NCBI GenBank assembly: GCA_964591975.1
Contig: CAZQBR010000002.1
Location: 1-29,002, forward strand
Length of the DNA stretch: 29,002 nt
Direction: 5' to 3'
From: an uncultured Dehalococcoidales bacterium
GTDB taxonomy: Bacteria > Chloroflexota > Dehalococcoidia > GIF9 > AB-539-J10
How positions within the stretch are numbered: position 1 is the stretch's first letter; every line of letters begins with the position of its first letter. Positions 9,240 to 18,361 of the stretch are shown here, in pieces. Below the pieces are notes generated by a model. It ran no database searches. It had not been told where the DNA came from and was given only the letters and a program-made list of their open reading frames with translations. The position numbers and the translations under genes are program-made.

Positions 9240-9422
9240 GTGAAGTGTGATATTTGTGGTAAGAGAGTTCAATTTGGACATAGCGTAAGCCACTCTAAAA
9301 GACATACCCAGCGACGCTGGTTGCCTAACATCCACCGAACTACAATTATCGTAGAGGGAGAAAAAAGGAAAGTCAATATTTGCACTCGGTGCCTTCGTAC
9401 TCAATATAAAGCGGCTCGTTAA
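9240..9422 (+). CDS. rpmB: 50S ribosomal protein L28 (Zn-binding CxxC form)
   Basis: KCDICGK, GHSVSHS, RRWLPN, CTRCLR. Confidence 0.96.
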   Translation: MKCDICGKRVQFGHSVSHSKRHTQRRWLPNIHRTTIIVEGEKRKVNICTRCLRTQYKAAR

Positions 9423-9442
9423 CCCCCCAAATCTTATTTAGG

Positions 9443-10108
9443 TTAGCTTATTGCCTTCCTCATTCTCTGTAGCGCTTGGCTTATTCCTTCCTTGGCTTTA
9501 AACACGCTGTTTCCAACTGCCAGAACATTAGCTCCAGCTTCGACTATGCTAGGCGCATTGTCAATATTGATGCCGCCATCAACTTCGAGTTCAATAGCTA
9601 ATCTTTTGTCATCCAGCATCCTGCGCAGGCGGCTTATTTTCTCCAGCGATTCTGGAATAAAAATTTGTCCACCAAAGCCAGGGTTGACGCTCATAATAAG
9701 AACTAGGTCAACGTGAGAGATGATCTCCTCTATCGAGCTTAGCGGTGTAGCTGGATTTAAAGCCACCCCTGCCTTTATCCCCAGTTCCTTTATCGAGTGA
9801 ATTGTTCTATGGAGATGGGAGCAGGCTTCTACATGCACAGTAATGATATTGGCGCCAGAACTGGCAAACTGGGAGATATAGCGGTCTGGTTGCTCTATCA
9901 TCAAATGGGCATCCAAAGGCAGGTGCGTCCAGCCACGGAGAGAAGTCACTACCGGAGCTCCGATGGTGATATTGGGCACAAAATGCCCATCCATAACATC
10001 TATGTGAATATAATCAGCCCCTGCCTTGGTGACTTCGGCAACTTGCTCCCCAAGGCGAGCAAAATCAGCACAAAGAATCGACGGCGCCAGCTTAACCTTA
10101 TTGCTCAT
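9443..10108 (-). CDS. rpe: Ribulose-phosphate 3-epimerase
   Basis: LAPSIL, HIDVMDGHFVPNIT, DAHLMI, MSVNPGFGGQ, EVDGGI. Confidence 0.97.
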   Translation of the reverse strand: MSNKVKLAPSILCADFARLGEQVAEVTKAGADYIHIDVMDGHFVPNITIGAPVVTSLRGWTHLPLDAHLMIEQPDRYISQFASSGANIITVHVEACSHLHRTIHSIKELGIKAGVALNPATPLSSIEEIISHVDLVLIMSVNPGFGGQIFIPESLEKISRLRRMLDDKRLAIELEVDGGINIDNAPSIVEAGANVLAVGNSVFKAKEGISQALQRMRKAIS

Positions 10109-10110
10109 GG

Positions 10111-11481
10111 CTACCCCTCTATGAGCTTCCTTACTCTGGTTAATGTTATTTCCACCTGTTGTGGGGAGGTGCCGCCGATAACGTTTCGGGCGGCTATGGA
10201 TGATTCCAAGGTTATATTATATACCTCTTTACCGAAGAGGGGGGAGAAATCATGGTACTCGCTCAAACTAAGCTCGTGGAAGCTCTTGCCTTTATTTATA
10301 GCATATTCGCTGAGCTTAGCTACAACGCCATGGGCTTCCCGAAATGGCATGCCCCTCTTCACCAGATAGTCGGCTAAATCAGTAGCTAATATATAATCTT
10401 TTTTAATAGCCTCATGAATGCGCTTAGCATTGACCCTGATTGTTTTTACCATCTCAGCGAATACTCCCAAAGTGGAGTGCAGTGTGTCCACGGTATCAAA
10501 AAGGCCTTCTTTATCCTCTTGCATATCGCGGTTATAAGCCAATGGCAGAGATTTCATAGCAGTTAAAATGCTCATGAGATTACCGTATACTCGCCCGGTT
10601 TTTCCTCTGGCCAGTTCAGCCACATCAGGATTTTTCTTCTGGGGCATAATACTTGAGCCTGTAGTGTAGGCTTCGCCAATTTCTATAAAGCCAAACTCGC
10701 TGGATGACCATAAGATAATCTCTTCAGCCAACCTTGAAAGGTGCATCATGGTTAGGGCAGCTGTTGTTTCAAATTCTATTACGAAGTCTCTGTCAGAAAC
10801 GGCATCGAGGCTATTGGTGCTTACTCTACTGAAACCCAGTTCTCGGGCAACGAAATCACGGTCTATGGCATGAGCAACGCCAGCCAAGGCACCGCTGCCC
10901 AAAGGCAAGACATCAACACGTTTAAAGCAATCATGGAACCTCTCTCTATCTCGCTGAAACATTTCGAAATAGGCCAGCAAGTGATGTGCCACAAGAACTG
11001 GCTGAGCCTGCTGTAGGTGGGTATAGCCAGGCATGATGACATCTTTATTTGCCTCGGCTAATTGCACGAGCGAACTTTGCAGGGCTTTTATTTTATCAAT
11101 GGTTCTCAAGATTTCCTCCTTGGCAAACAGGCGTAAATCCAAAGCTATCTGGTCGTTCCTAGACCTGGCCGTATGCAGCTTTCCAGCTACATCACCTATT
11201 TTTTCAAACAGTCGGGCTTCGACATTCATGTGTATATCTTCAAGCTCACGTTTGAACAGAAATTTTCCTTGCTCAATTTCCTCACGGATAGAGCTAAGCC
11301 CTTTGATTATAACCTCAGCATCGCTATTAGCTATGATCCCTTGCTTTGCCAGCATTTTGACGTGGACAATGCTTCCCTCGATGTCTTGGCGATACAATCG
11401 CTGGTCAAAGGGAATAGAGGCGAGGTAATCCCGCGCTAATTTATCGACTTTATTGTGAAAATTATTAGGGAAGTGCTTCAT
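10111..11481 (-). CDS. argH: Argininosuccinate lyase
   Basis: LHTARSRNDQ, MPGYTHLQQAQP, GSSIMPQKKNPD, YNRDMQEDKE. Start placed at ATG 11481 (MKHF), 4 nt after the MFS stop, with an AGGAG RBS. Confidence 0.97.
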   Translation of the reverse strand: MKHFPNNFHNKVDKLARDYLASIPFDQRLYRQDIEGSIVHVKMLAKQGIIANSDAEVIIKGLSSIREEIEQGKFLFKRELEDIHMNVEARLFEKIGDVAGKLHTARSRNDQIALDLRLFAKEEILRTIDKIKALQSSLVQLAEANKDVIMPGYTHLQQAQPVLVAHHLLAYFEMFQRDRERFHDCFKRVDVLPLGSGALAGVAHAIDRDFVARELGFSRVSTNSLDAVSDRDFVIEFETTAALTMMHLSRLAEEIILWSSSEFGFIEIGEAYTTGSSIMPQKKNPDVAELARGKTGRVYGNLMSILTAMKSLPLAYNRDMQEDKEGLFDTVDTLHSTLGVFAEMVKTIRVNAKRIHEAIKKDYILATDLADYLVKRGMPFREAHGVVAKLSEYAINKGKSFHELSLSEYHDFSPLFGKEVYNITLESSIAARNVIGGTSPQQVEITLTRVRKLIEG

Positions 11482-11485
11482 GATT

Positions 11486-12727
11486 TTAACCACTCCTTCC
11501 AGCCTCGAGAGGGTGAACAAGAAATATTGCTATGGCGGCGATGGCATAGCATGGCACGCATATTAGGCATGCTACATTATAATTACCAAATACGTCAAAA
11601 ACCTTGCCCCAAATAAAAGGCCCGCTGCCTCCAATTAAGCCGTATCCCAAGGTGATAATGCTGAAAAGTGAACCTATGTGGGCTCTGCCAAAAAGGTCAC
11701 CGAGGTATGGAACATAGAGGGCAATTTGAAGACCATGGCTTAAAGCTATAAAAATGGCGAAGGCCATTAAGCTTTCCTGAGTACGTGCCACTTGCCACCC
11801 ATACACCATTGCAAAAGCACTAAGAGTCAGGCCTATTAGCATCAATCGCTTCCTTCCATATCTGTCGCCCAACCAGCCACCTCCTACCGTGGAAATTATG
11901 AATGGCGCAGTAAACGCTGTCACAAAAATACCAGCAGTTGCCTCAGGACTACCCAAATCCACGCCCCACATTACGATATGAGCTAAGACCCCACTAACGC
12001 CGATGCTCGATACAGAATAAGCAGTGAATAGCAACCAGAGCTGCGATGTCTTGATAGCCTCCTTTACAGTCCAGGATGTCTCCTTTATTACCAAGTTGCC
12101 AGAGGATGGCGCCATGTTCTCATCATCAGGATGCAATCCCATAGATTCCGGACTATCTCGAACAATGAAAAAGGCGAGCAGTATAATGACTACGCTGAAA
12201 CAAATGCCACAAACTAGCGAAGTGTAACGCCAACCATGAGAATCAGCCAACCCGGTCATTACTGGCATGAATATGGCACTGCCGGCAGCCCAAGCACTGG
12301 CAATAACCCCAGCAACTAATCCAGCTCGCTTTCTAAACCACTTGCGGCTTGTTGATAGCGAAGGAACGTAATGGGTCATGCTAACTGCTAGTGCCATGAG
12401 CACCCCGTAATATAAATACAATTGCCAAGGCGATTTCACAGTGGAGAGCAGCATCCAACCAGCAAGGGTAGTAATGCCACCGATTAAGAAAGTCTTCCGC
12501 CCGCCAATCTTGTCAACCATATAGCCAGAAAGGAGAACAAAAATGGCATACATCCAGAGTGTAAGACTTTGGGCAAAGCCTATTGTTGCTCGTGACCAGC
12601 CTAAATCCTTTATGATAAAAGGGATAAAGGCAGTCATACTGAATCTACCTATAGGCCCAAGCATGCCTATGATAAATAGTCCTACAACTAGCCACCACCC
12701 ATAGAATATATGTTGCTGCTTAACCAA
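11486..12727 (-). CDS. Major facilitator superfamily transporter (OFA/YbfB-like), substrate unknown
   Basis: About 12 hydrophobic segments; motif A in both halves (GYMVDKIGGRK, GWLGDRYGRKR); WFRKRAGLVAG. Confidence 0.9.
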   Translation of the reverse strand: MVKQQHIFYGWWLVVGLFIIGMLGPIGRFSMTAFIPFIIKDLGWSRATIGFAQSLTLWMYAIFVLLSGYMVDKIGGRKTFLIGGITTLAGWMLLSTVKSPWQLYLYYGVLMALAVSMTHYVPSLSTSRKWFRKRAGLVAGVIASAWAAGSAIFMPVMTGLADSHGWRYTSLVCGICFSVVIILLAFFIVRDSPESMGLHPDDENMAPSSGNLVIKETSWTVKEAIKTSQLWLLFTAYSVSSIGVSGVLAHIVMWGVDLGSPEATAGIFVTAFTAPFIISTVGGGWLGDRYGRKRLMLIGLTLSAFAMVYGWQVARTQESLMAFAIFIALSHGLQIALYVPYLGDLFGRAHIGSLFSIITLGYGLIGGSGPFIWGKVFDVFGNYNVACLICVPCYAIAAIAIFLVHPLEAGRSG

Positions 12728-12750
12728 AAGGTTATCCTTTCTTTCTCAGA

Positions 12751-12798
12751 ATGTCTTAGTGATACAGTCGCTGAGCAAATAGATAGAGGCGAGGTAAT
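12751..12798 (-). pseudogene. Decayed duplicate of the argH 5' region
   Basis: 41/49 nt identical (one 1-nt gap) to argH 11381-11429. Lies in a 31-codon ORF 12841-12746 containing NYLASI, versus DYLASI in ArgH. Confidence 0.8.
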
Positions 12799-12891
12799 TT
12801 GGTGTCGCCTTATTAGCCTCTTTGCTGCGCTGGTAATCCATCCTATCTTTGACCATCCCGTCTAGCTCGGTTGACGGTTTTACAGCAATTT

Positions 12892-12907
12892 AGTGAATTC
12901 ATTCACT
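12892..12907. promoter_or_regulatory. Palindrome AGTGAAT-TC-ATTCACT, candidate operator
   Basis: Perfect 7-bp inverted repeat in the argG-MFS intergenic region. Function is inferred. Confidence 0.4.
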
Positions 12908-13091
12908 GATAATCCTGCTTGGCGAATGAGGGCTCGTAATGCTCCTCTATCTAAGTTCTTGTGAAGAGGCACAACTAACTGGCAAAATGGCTCGTCTCGC
13001 CTGAGTGTTAAATGACTGCCTTCCTGCCTTTTGAAATAGAATCCCGTTTTTCCCACTTTTGGACTGTAAACTGGGTCCTCTCAAGCTTCTA

Positions 13092-14297
13092 TTATTTAGG
13101 CGGTCTTGCAGGTTGTACCTCTGCCTGAGTTCTAACCGGCAGTCCCCAGATATGGATGAAGCCAGATGAGGCGCTCTGGTCAAAGGCATCGCCTCTATCA
13201 TAAGTAGCCAAGCTGTAATCATATAGGGAATAGGGCGACTTTCTGCCCACTATCTGGCAATTGCCTTTGAAGAGCTTCACCCTTACGGTGCCGGTGACGT
13301 ATCTCTGCGTGCTTCCCACGTAGGCAGCTAAGTCCTGCCGCATACCTGTAAACCATAGCCCGTTATAGGTAAGGTCAGCATATTCAGCAGCCACCTTTGC
13401 TTTGAAGCGGAGCTGTTCCTTCGCCAGCACCAAGTCCTCCAAGGCCTGGTGGGCTTTAAGCAGAACTACAGCCGCTGGCGCCTCATAAACCTCCCTCGAT
13501 TTTATGCCCACCAGTCTGTTTTCAATATGGTCAATCCTGCCTACGCCATGCTGTCCAGCCAGACTATGAATCCTTTGAACAAGCGTAACACCATCTAATT
13601 TCTCGCCATCAAGGCTTATCGGTACCCCTTTATCAAAGCCAACCTCCAGATAAGCAGGCTGAGCCGGAGTTTCTTCAAGGGACTTTGTCCATAAGAAAGC
13701 ATCCTCGGGAGGCTCATTCCAGGGGTCCTCCAGCACACCACATTCAATGGCCCTCCCCCACAGACTTTCATCAATGGAATACGGGCTGGCCGTAGTAATA
13801 GGAATAGGGATATTATGCGATTGAGCATAGGCAATTGTCTCTTCCCTGGTCATATTCCATTCTCGAGCCGGGGCTATTATCTTTAGTCCGGGGGCTAAGG
13901 CTGCCACGCTGACGTCAAGTCTCACCTGGTCATTGCCCTTGCCGGTGCAGCCATGAGCTACCGCTGTGGCTCCTTCCTTTTTAGCTGCCTCCACCAGGAG
14001 TTGAGCGATAAGAGGCCGCCCCAGGGCTGTAGCTAAAGGATATTGACCTTCATAAATGGCATCAGCTTGAAGAGCAGGGAAAACAAACGACTTAATAAAA
14101 GATTCCCTAGAATCAACCACCAGTGCTTTTATAGCTCCTACATCGAGTGCCTTCTGTCTAATAGCTTCAAGGTCAGCTACATTACCTACATCCACTGTAA
14201 GGGCGATAACATCCATGTCATATCGCTCCTTAAGCCACTTTATGGCTACTGAAGTATCTACACCACCGCTATATGCTAATACTACTTTATTTGACAT
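13092..14297 (-). CDS. argG: Argininosuccinate synthase
   Basis: VVLAYSGGVDTS, AHGCTGKGNDQVR, YSIDESLWGR, ENRLVGIKSREVYEAP. Confidence 0.98.
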   Translation of the reverse strand: MSNKVVLAYSGGVDTSVAIKWLKERYDMDVIALTVDVGNVADLEAIRQKALDVGAIKALVVDSRESFIKSFVFPALQADAIYEGQYPLATALGRPLIAQLLVEAAKKEGATAVAHGCTGKGNDQVRLDVSVAALAPGLKIIAPAREWNMTREETIAYAQSHNIPIPITTASPYSIDESLWGRAIECGVLEDPWNEPPEDAFLWTKSLEETPAQPAYLEVGFDKGVPISLDGEKLDGVTLVQRIHSLAGQHGVGRIDHIENRLVGIKSREVYEAPAAVVLLKAHQALEDLVLAKEQLRFKAKVAAEYADLTYNGLWFTGMRQDLAAYVGSTQRYVTGTVRVKLFKGNCQIVGRKSPYSLYDYSLATYDRGDAFDQSASSGFIHIWGLPVRTQAEVQPARPPK

Positions 14298-15495
14298 ACT
14301 TACTCCTTACTTTCTCAGCCAAAACATCTTGTAAAATACTAATCGCCTTGTCTACCTCCCCTTCAGTAATAATAAGAGGAGGCATGAAGCGAATCGTGGC
14401 TGGCTTCACTTTATTAACTAACAGGCCTTTATCAATGCAAGCTCTGACCAGCTCGTCAGCAATTTCCCTATCAAATTCCAAAGCTATTAGCAACCCTCGA
14501 CCTCTCACTTGAGTAATAAACTCAAATTCCTGCTTTAGGTTTTCCAGCTTGGTCATAAAATACTTTCCTACCTGTCTAACCCTTGCTGGTATGTCGTTAT
14601 CAATAATGCATTTCACAGCGGCATGAGCAGCGGCACAAACTAATGGATTGCCACCGAAGGTAGAGCCATGTTCACCTGGAGAGAAAAGGGAAAAATCTTC
14701 TTTGGCTAAAAAGGCGCCAATTGGCACTCCACTGCCTAGTCCCTTGGCCAGGGTCATTATGTCTGGTTCGACATTATATTGCTCATAGGCGAAGAGAGTC
14801 CCTGTTCGACCAATACCTGTCTGTATTTCATCCAGAATGAAGAGGATTCCCTTCTCGTGACACCAACTCTGTATTTTCCCCAGGTAGTCGTCATCGGGTA
14901 CGTTAACTCCCCCTTCTCCCTGGATTGGCTCCAGTATTACACCGCAAGTTTGCTCATCGGTTGCCTGTTTAACCGCCTCAATGTTATTGTAATCAACGTT
15001 AACAAAGCCATCAGGTAGAGGTGTGTAAGACTCCTGGAATTTACTTTGCCCTGTGGCAGCAGTCATAGCCAAAGTTCTCCCATGAAAAGAGCTATAAGTA
15101 GTTATGACTTTGTAAGCGCCATTGAGGCGGAGTTTGCCGTACCTGCGGGCCAATTTCACCGCTCCTTCATTAGCTTCAGCGCCACTGTTACAGAAGAAAA
15201 CCCTATCAAGGCAACTGTTTTCCACCAGAAGCCGTGCTAGCTCTATCTGTGGAATGGTATAGAATTGATTTGATGCCTGGATTAAGGTTTTAGCTTGCTT
15301 TTCCAGAGCCTCAACTACCACAGGAGGGCAATGTCCCAGACTATTTACCGCCCAGCCACCAACGAAGTCAAGGTATTCTCTGTTATGGTCATCCCAGGCC
15401 AAAGCACCTTTCCCACGAACCAGAGTCACAGGGACTCTATTTCCCGTCCTCAGAAACAATTTTTGCTCCAACTCTTGCCAATTATCCTGGTACAA
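14287..15495 (-). CDS. argD: Acetylornithine aminotransferase
   Basis: YLDFVGGWAV, FFCNSGAEANEGA, SFHGRT, EPIQGEGGV, DEIQTGIGRTG, LAKGLGSG, GSTFGGNP; operon context. Confidence 0.95.
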   Translation of the reverse strand: MYQDNWQELEQKLFLRTGNRVPVTLVRGKGALAWDDHNREYLDFVGGWAVNSLGHCPPVVVEALEKQAKTLIQASNQFYTIPQIELARLLVENSCLDRVFFCNSGAEANEGAVKLARRYGKLRLNGAYKVITTYSSFHGRTLAMTAATGQSKFQESYTPLPDGFVNVDYNNIEAVKQATDEQTCGVILEPIQGEGGVNVPDDDYLGKIQSWCHEKGILFILDEIQTGIGRTGTLFAYEQYNVEPDIMTLAKGLGSGVPIGAFLAKEDFSLFSPGEHGSTFGGNPLVCAAAHAAVKCIIDNDIPARVRQVGKYFMTKLENLKQEFEFITQVRGRGLLIALEFDREIADELVRACIDKGLLVNKVKPATIRFMPPLIITEGEVDKAISILQDVLAEKVRSKYVK

Positions 15496-16303
15496 TGCTT
15501 GTTCCTCCTAATTGAGATTGCGAAGCCTGTTCCGAGCTTAAGCGAGGAATCTCGCTACTCGCAATGACGCTGAGCAAAGCATGAGGCATTCTGCCATCGA
15601 TGATGTGCACGGTGGACACTGCCGCCAGAGCTTTAATGCTAGCTTCTATTTTAGGGACCATGCCACCTGTAGCTACCTCGGACTTAAGTAGTGCCTTTGC
15701 CTCAGTGATATTAAGTCTAGATATTACCCTGCCGGACACATCACGGACGCCATCAACGTCGGTAAGGAATATAAGCTTCTCAGCAATCAACGCAGCCGCA
15801 ATTTCTCCAGCAGCAGCGTCTCCGTTAACATTAAGCAGCATTGTCCTGCCTTCAACTGAGCCGAAACTTACTGGCGCCACCACTGGCATATAGCCTTCCT
15901 TTAGCAATAGCTTCAATAGAGCGGGGGCAACAGTTACAATTTCCCCAACATAGCCTAGCTCTGGATTTTTCATGCTTGCCCAAAGCAAATTGCCATCACA
16001 GCCACTTAGACCTACAGCTTTTCCTCCCAGAGCTTGGATAGCCACTACCAATTCTTTATTAACCAAGCCTCCTAGCACCGCAGTTACCACCTTTAAACTC
16101 TCGGTATCGGTAACCCTCAGCCCATTTATGAAGCCAGTGGAAGTTCCAAGCCGAGAAAGCCAGTCAGAAGCCACTTTGGCACCACCGTGAACCACCACCA
16201 GGGATTTCCCTTGTTTTTGAAGCTCTGCCAAGTCCTCCAAGGTGCTGTCATGATTGCCCAGTGTGCTGCCACCTATCTTAACTACTATAGTTTCCCTTGG
16301 CAA
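15482..16303 (-). CDS. argB: Acetylglutamate kinase, with a repeat-derived C-terminal insert
   Basis: VVKIGGS, VVHGGG, GLRVTD, LNVNGD, FLTDVDGV, GGMVPK, IIDGR. Confidence 0.96.
   Translation of the reverse strand: MPRETIVVKIGGSTLGNHDSTLEDLAELQKQGKSLVVVHGGAKVASDWLSRLGTSTGFINGLRVTDTESLKVVTAVLGGLVNKELVVAIQALGGKAVGLSGCDGNLLWASMKNPELGYVGEIVTVAPALLKLLLKEGYMPVVAPVSFGSVEGRTMLLNVNGDAAAGEIAAALIAEKLIFLTDVDGVRDVSGRVISRLNITEAKALLKSEVATGGMVPKIEASIKALAAVSTVHIIDGRMPHALLSVIASSEIPRLSSEQASQSQLGGTSIVPG
15514..15568 (-). repeat. 55-bp composite palindromic REP-like element inside argB
   Basis: Minus strand GTCATTGCGAGTAGCGAGATTCCTCGCTTAAGCTCGGAACAGGCTTCGCAATCTC. Outer inverted repeat ATTGCGA/TCGCAAT; inner hairpin AGCGAG-ATTC-CTCGCT. 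Confidence 0.8.
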
Positions 16304-16317
16304 AGTTGCACCTCGTG

Positions 16318-17517
16318 TTATGTCGTATATTCGCTGTTTATCCTAACATACTCTTCGGATAGGTCACAGCCCCAGGCGGTGGCTTTGCCATTTCCTAAAT
16401 TAAGACATACCCCAATAAGCACACTATCACTGTTGCTCAAAGTCACTATCATTTCTTCTTTGCTAAATGAGACAGGATGACCTTGCTTCATGACACAAGT
16501 ATCATTCAAATAGACATCTAATTTGTCTTCTATCACCTCTACCCCACTTCGCCCCAAAGCAGTAACAATGCGCCCCCAATTGGGGTCACTGCCGTGTATT
16601 GCCGTCTTTACCAGTGGTGAACTGGCAATGGTTCGGGCTGCCAGGCAAGCTTCAGCTTGCTTCACTGCCCCCTCAACGCTAACCTCGATGAGCTTGGTAG
16701 CCCCCTCGCCATCCCCGGCTATGGACTTAGCCAAGTGGATACAAATCTCGTTTAAAGCTTCTTGGAAGGCTTCACCATTATCGAAGCCAATCGCTGGATT
16801 CCCAGCCAAGCCATTGGCCAGTAAAAATATGCAATCGCTGGGGCTGGTCTCACCATCAATGCTAATCATGTTAAAGGAAATATCCGCTGCTTTCTTAAGT
16901 GACGATTGCAGAAACTGCGCATCCACTAAAGCATCAGTAGCTATGAAGCAAAGCATAGTAGCCAAGTCGGGATGTATCATACCAGCTCCTTTAGCTACTC
17001 CAGCGATAGAGAACTTAACTCCTTTCTCATCAACCTGAACTGCCCCCTCTTTAGGTTTAGTATCTGTGGTCATCATTGCCTTGGCTAAGCTATGGCCCCC
17101 CTCCCTGCTAAGCTCTATTTTTTTAATTCCAGCTCTTACGCGATCCATAGGTAGTGACACCCCAATTACGCCAGTGCTGGCTACAAGAACTTCGTCAGGA
17201 GGTATGCCTAGCTTTGTTGCTGCTAGGCTTGCCATTTCCCAAGCATCTGCTAAGCCTTGCTCGCCCACACAGGCATTAGCACAACCTGAATTTACCACAA
17301 TTGCTTGCGCTCGCTTCTCCGTTAAGTGTCTCTGCGATAGAATAACTGGGGCTGACTTAATCCGATTGGTGGTAAAAACGCCAGCGGCAGCGCAAGACAC
17401 TTCGGAGTAAAGAATGGCTAGGTCAAGCTCATCCTTGGTTTTCATACCAACGTTAATTGCCCCAGCTAGAAATCCTTGGACTGAAGTGACAGCGCTTAAA
17501 GGAAAGAACTTAAACAT
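16318..17517 (-). CDS. argJ: Glutamate N-acetyltransferase / ornithine acetyltransferase
   Basis: NSGCANAC, ASTGVIG, MTTDT, KGAGMIHPDLATML, DGEGATK, WGCDLSEEYVRINSEYTT. Confidence 0.97.
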   Translation of the reverse strand: MFKFFPLSAVTSVQGFLAGAINVGMKTKDELDLAILYSEVSCAAAGVFTTNRIKSAPVILSQRHLTEKRAQAIVVNSGCANACVGEQGLADAWEMASLAATKLGIPPDEVLVASTGVIGVSLPMDRVRAGIKKIELSREGGHSLAKAMMTTDTKPKEGAVQVDEKGVKFSIAGVAKGAGMIHPDLATMLCFIATDALVDAQFLQSSLKKAADISFNMISIDGETSPSDCIFLLANGLAGNPAIGFDNGEAFQEALNEICIHLAKSIAGDGEGATKLIEVSVEGAVKQAEACLAARTIASSPLVKTAIHGSDPNWGRIVTALGRSGVEVIEDKLDVYLNDTCVMKQGHPVSFSKEEMIVTLSNSDSVLIGVCLNLGNGKATAWGCDLSEEYVRINSEYTT

Positions 17518-17604
17518 AAAAACTCAATATAGCAAGAAATTCAACCAGCGTCTATTTATCTTTACCTTTGGGGTTTGCAATGTTAAAATTGTTTAAAGGA
17601 TAGC

Positions 17605-18357
17605 ATGTCAGGGCATTCTAAGTGGTCGCAGATTAAACGGCAAAAGGGTGTAACTGATGCCAAGCGGGGGCAGTTGTTTACCAAGCTTGCCAGGGAAATC
17701 ATAGTGGCAGCGAAGCAGGGTGGACCTAACATGGAAAGCAACTTCCAGTTAAGGTTGGCGGTGGAGAAAGCCCACGATAATAACATGCCATCAGAGAACA
17801 TTCAAAGAGCCATAAAGCGTGCCAGCAGTGGTGCTGAAGTATCTGATTTGATCGAGATGACACTTGAAGGATACGGGCCAAACGGAGTAGCAGTTTTGGT
17901 ACAGGCCCTGACTGATAACCGTAACCGCACCATTCAAGATGTGCGTCGTCTTTTCACCCGCCATGGTGGTAACTTAGGAGAGAATGGCTGTGTGGCATGG
18001 CTGTTTGAAAGTAGAGGAGTGGTCACCATAGAAAGCAGTGGTTCGGATACTGAGGAGCTAGCTTTACAAGCCATTGATGCTGGCGCGGAAGATGTTAAGG
18101 CGGAAAAAGGCTACCTTGAAATCTATACCCACCCACATAATATGGAAAGCATAAGGGAGGGTATCGGGAAAGGAAGGCATGTAATCTCGGCAGAGCTTTC
18201 TCTAGTGCCTAAGACTACAGTGCTGCTAGATGAGAATAAAGCAATTCAGACCTTGGGTTTTCTTGACCGGATAGAAGAGATAGATGATGTGCAGCATGTC
18301 TTCTCCAACATTGATTTCTCTGAGGCTACTTTAGAGAGACTACGTAGTCAGACATGA
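17605..18357 (+). CDS. yebC: YebC/PmpR family protein
   Basis: MSGHSKWSQIKRQKG, EGYGPNGVA, TDNRNRT; AAGGA RBS; extended -10 TGTTAAAAT at 17581-17589. Confidence 0.96.
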   Translation: MSGHSKWSQIKRQKGVTDAKRGQLFTKLAREIIVAAKQGGPNMESNFQLRLAVEKAHDNNMPSENIQRAIKRASSGAEVSDLIEMTLEGYGPNGVAVLVQALTDNRNRTIQDVRRLFTRHGGNLGENGCVAWLFESRGVVTIESSGSDTEELALQAIDAGAEDVKAEKGYLEIYTHPHNMESIREGIGKGRHVISAELSLVPKTTVLLDENKAIQTLGFLDRIEEIDDVQHVFSNIDFSEATLERLRSQT

Positions 18358-18361
18358 TAGA

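Noticed and set aside
6652-9422. DAK2-DegV-recG next to rpmB
   Set aside because: A well-known conserved neighbourhood (fatty acid kinase FakAB); ordinary.
10111-17517. arg cluster lacks argC, argF and carAB
   Set aside because: Split arginine operons are common and these genes are probably elsewhere; cannot be judged from this window.
17518-17604. ARG box in the argJ-yebC divergent region
   Set aside because: No convincing TGAAT-N4-ATTCA match.
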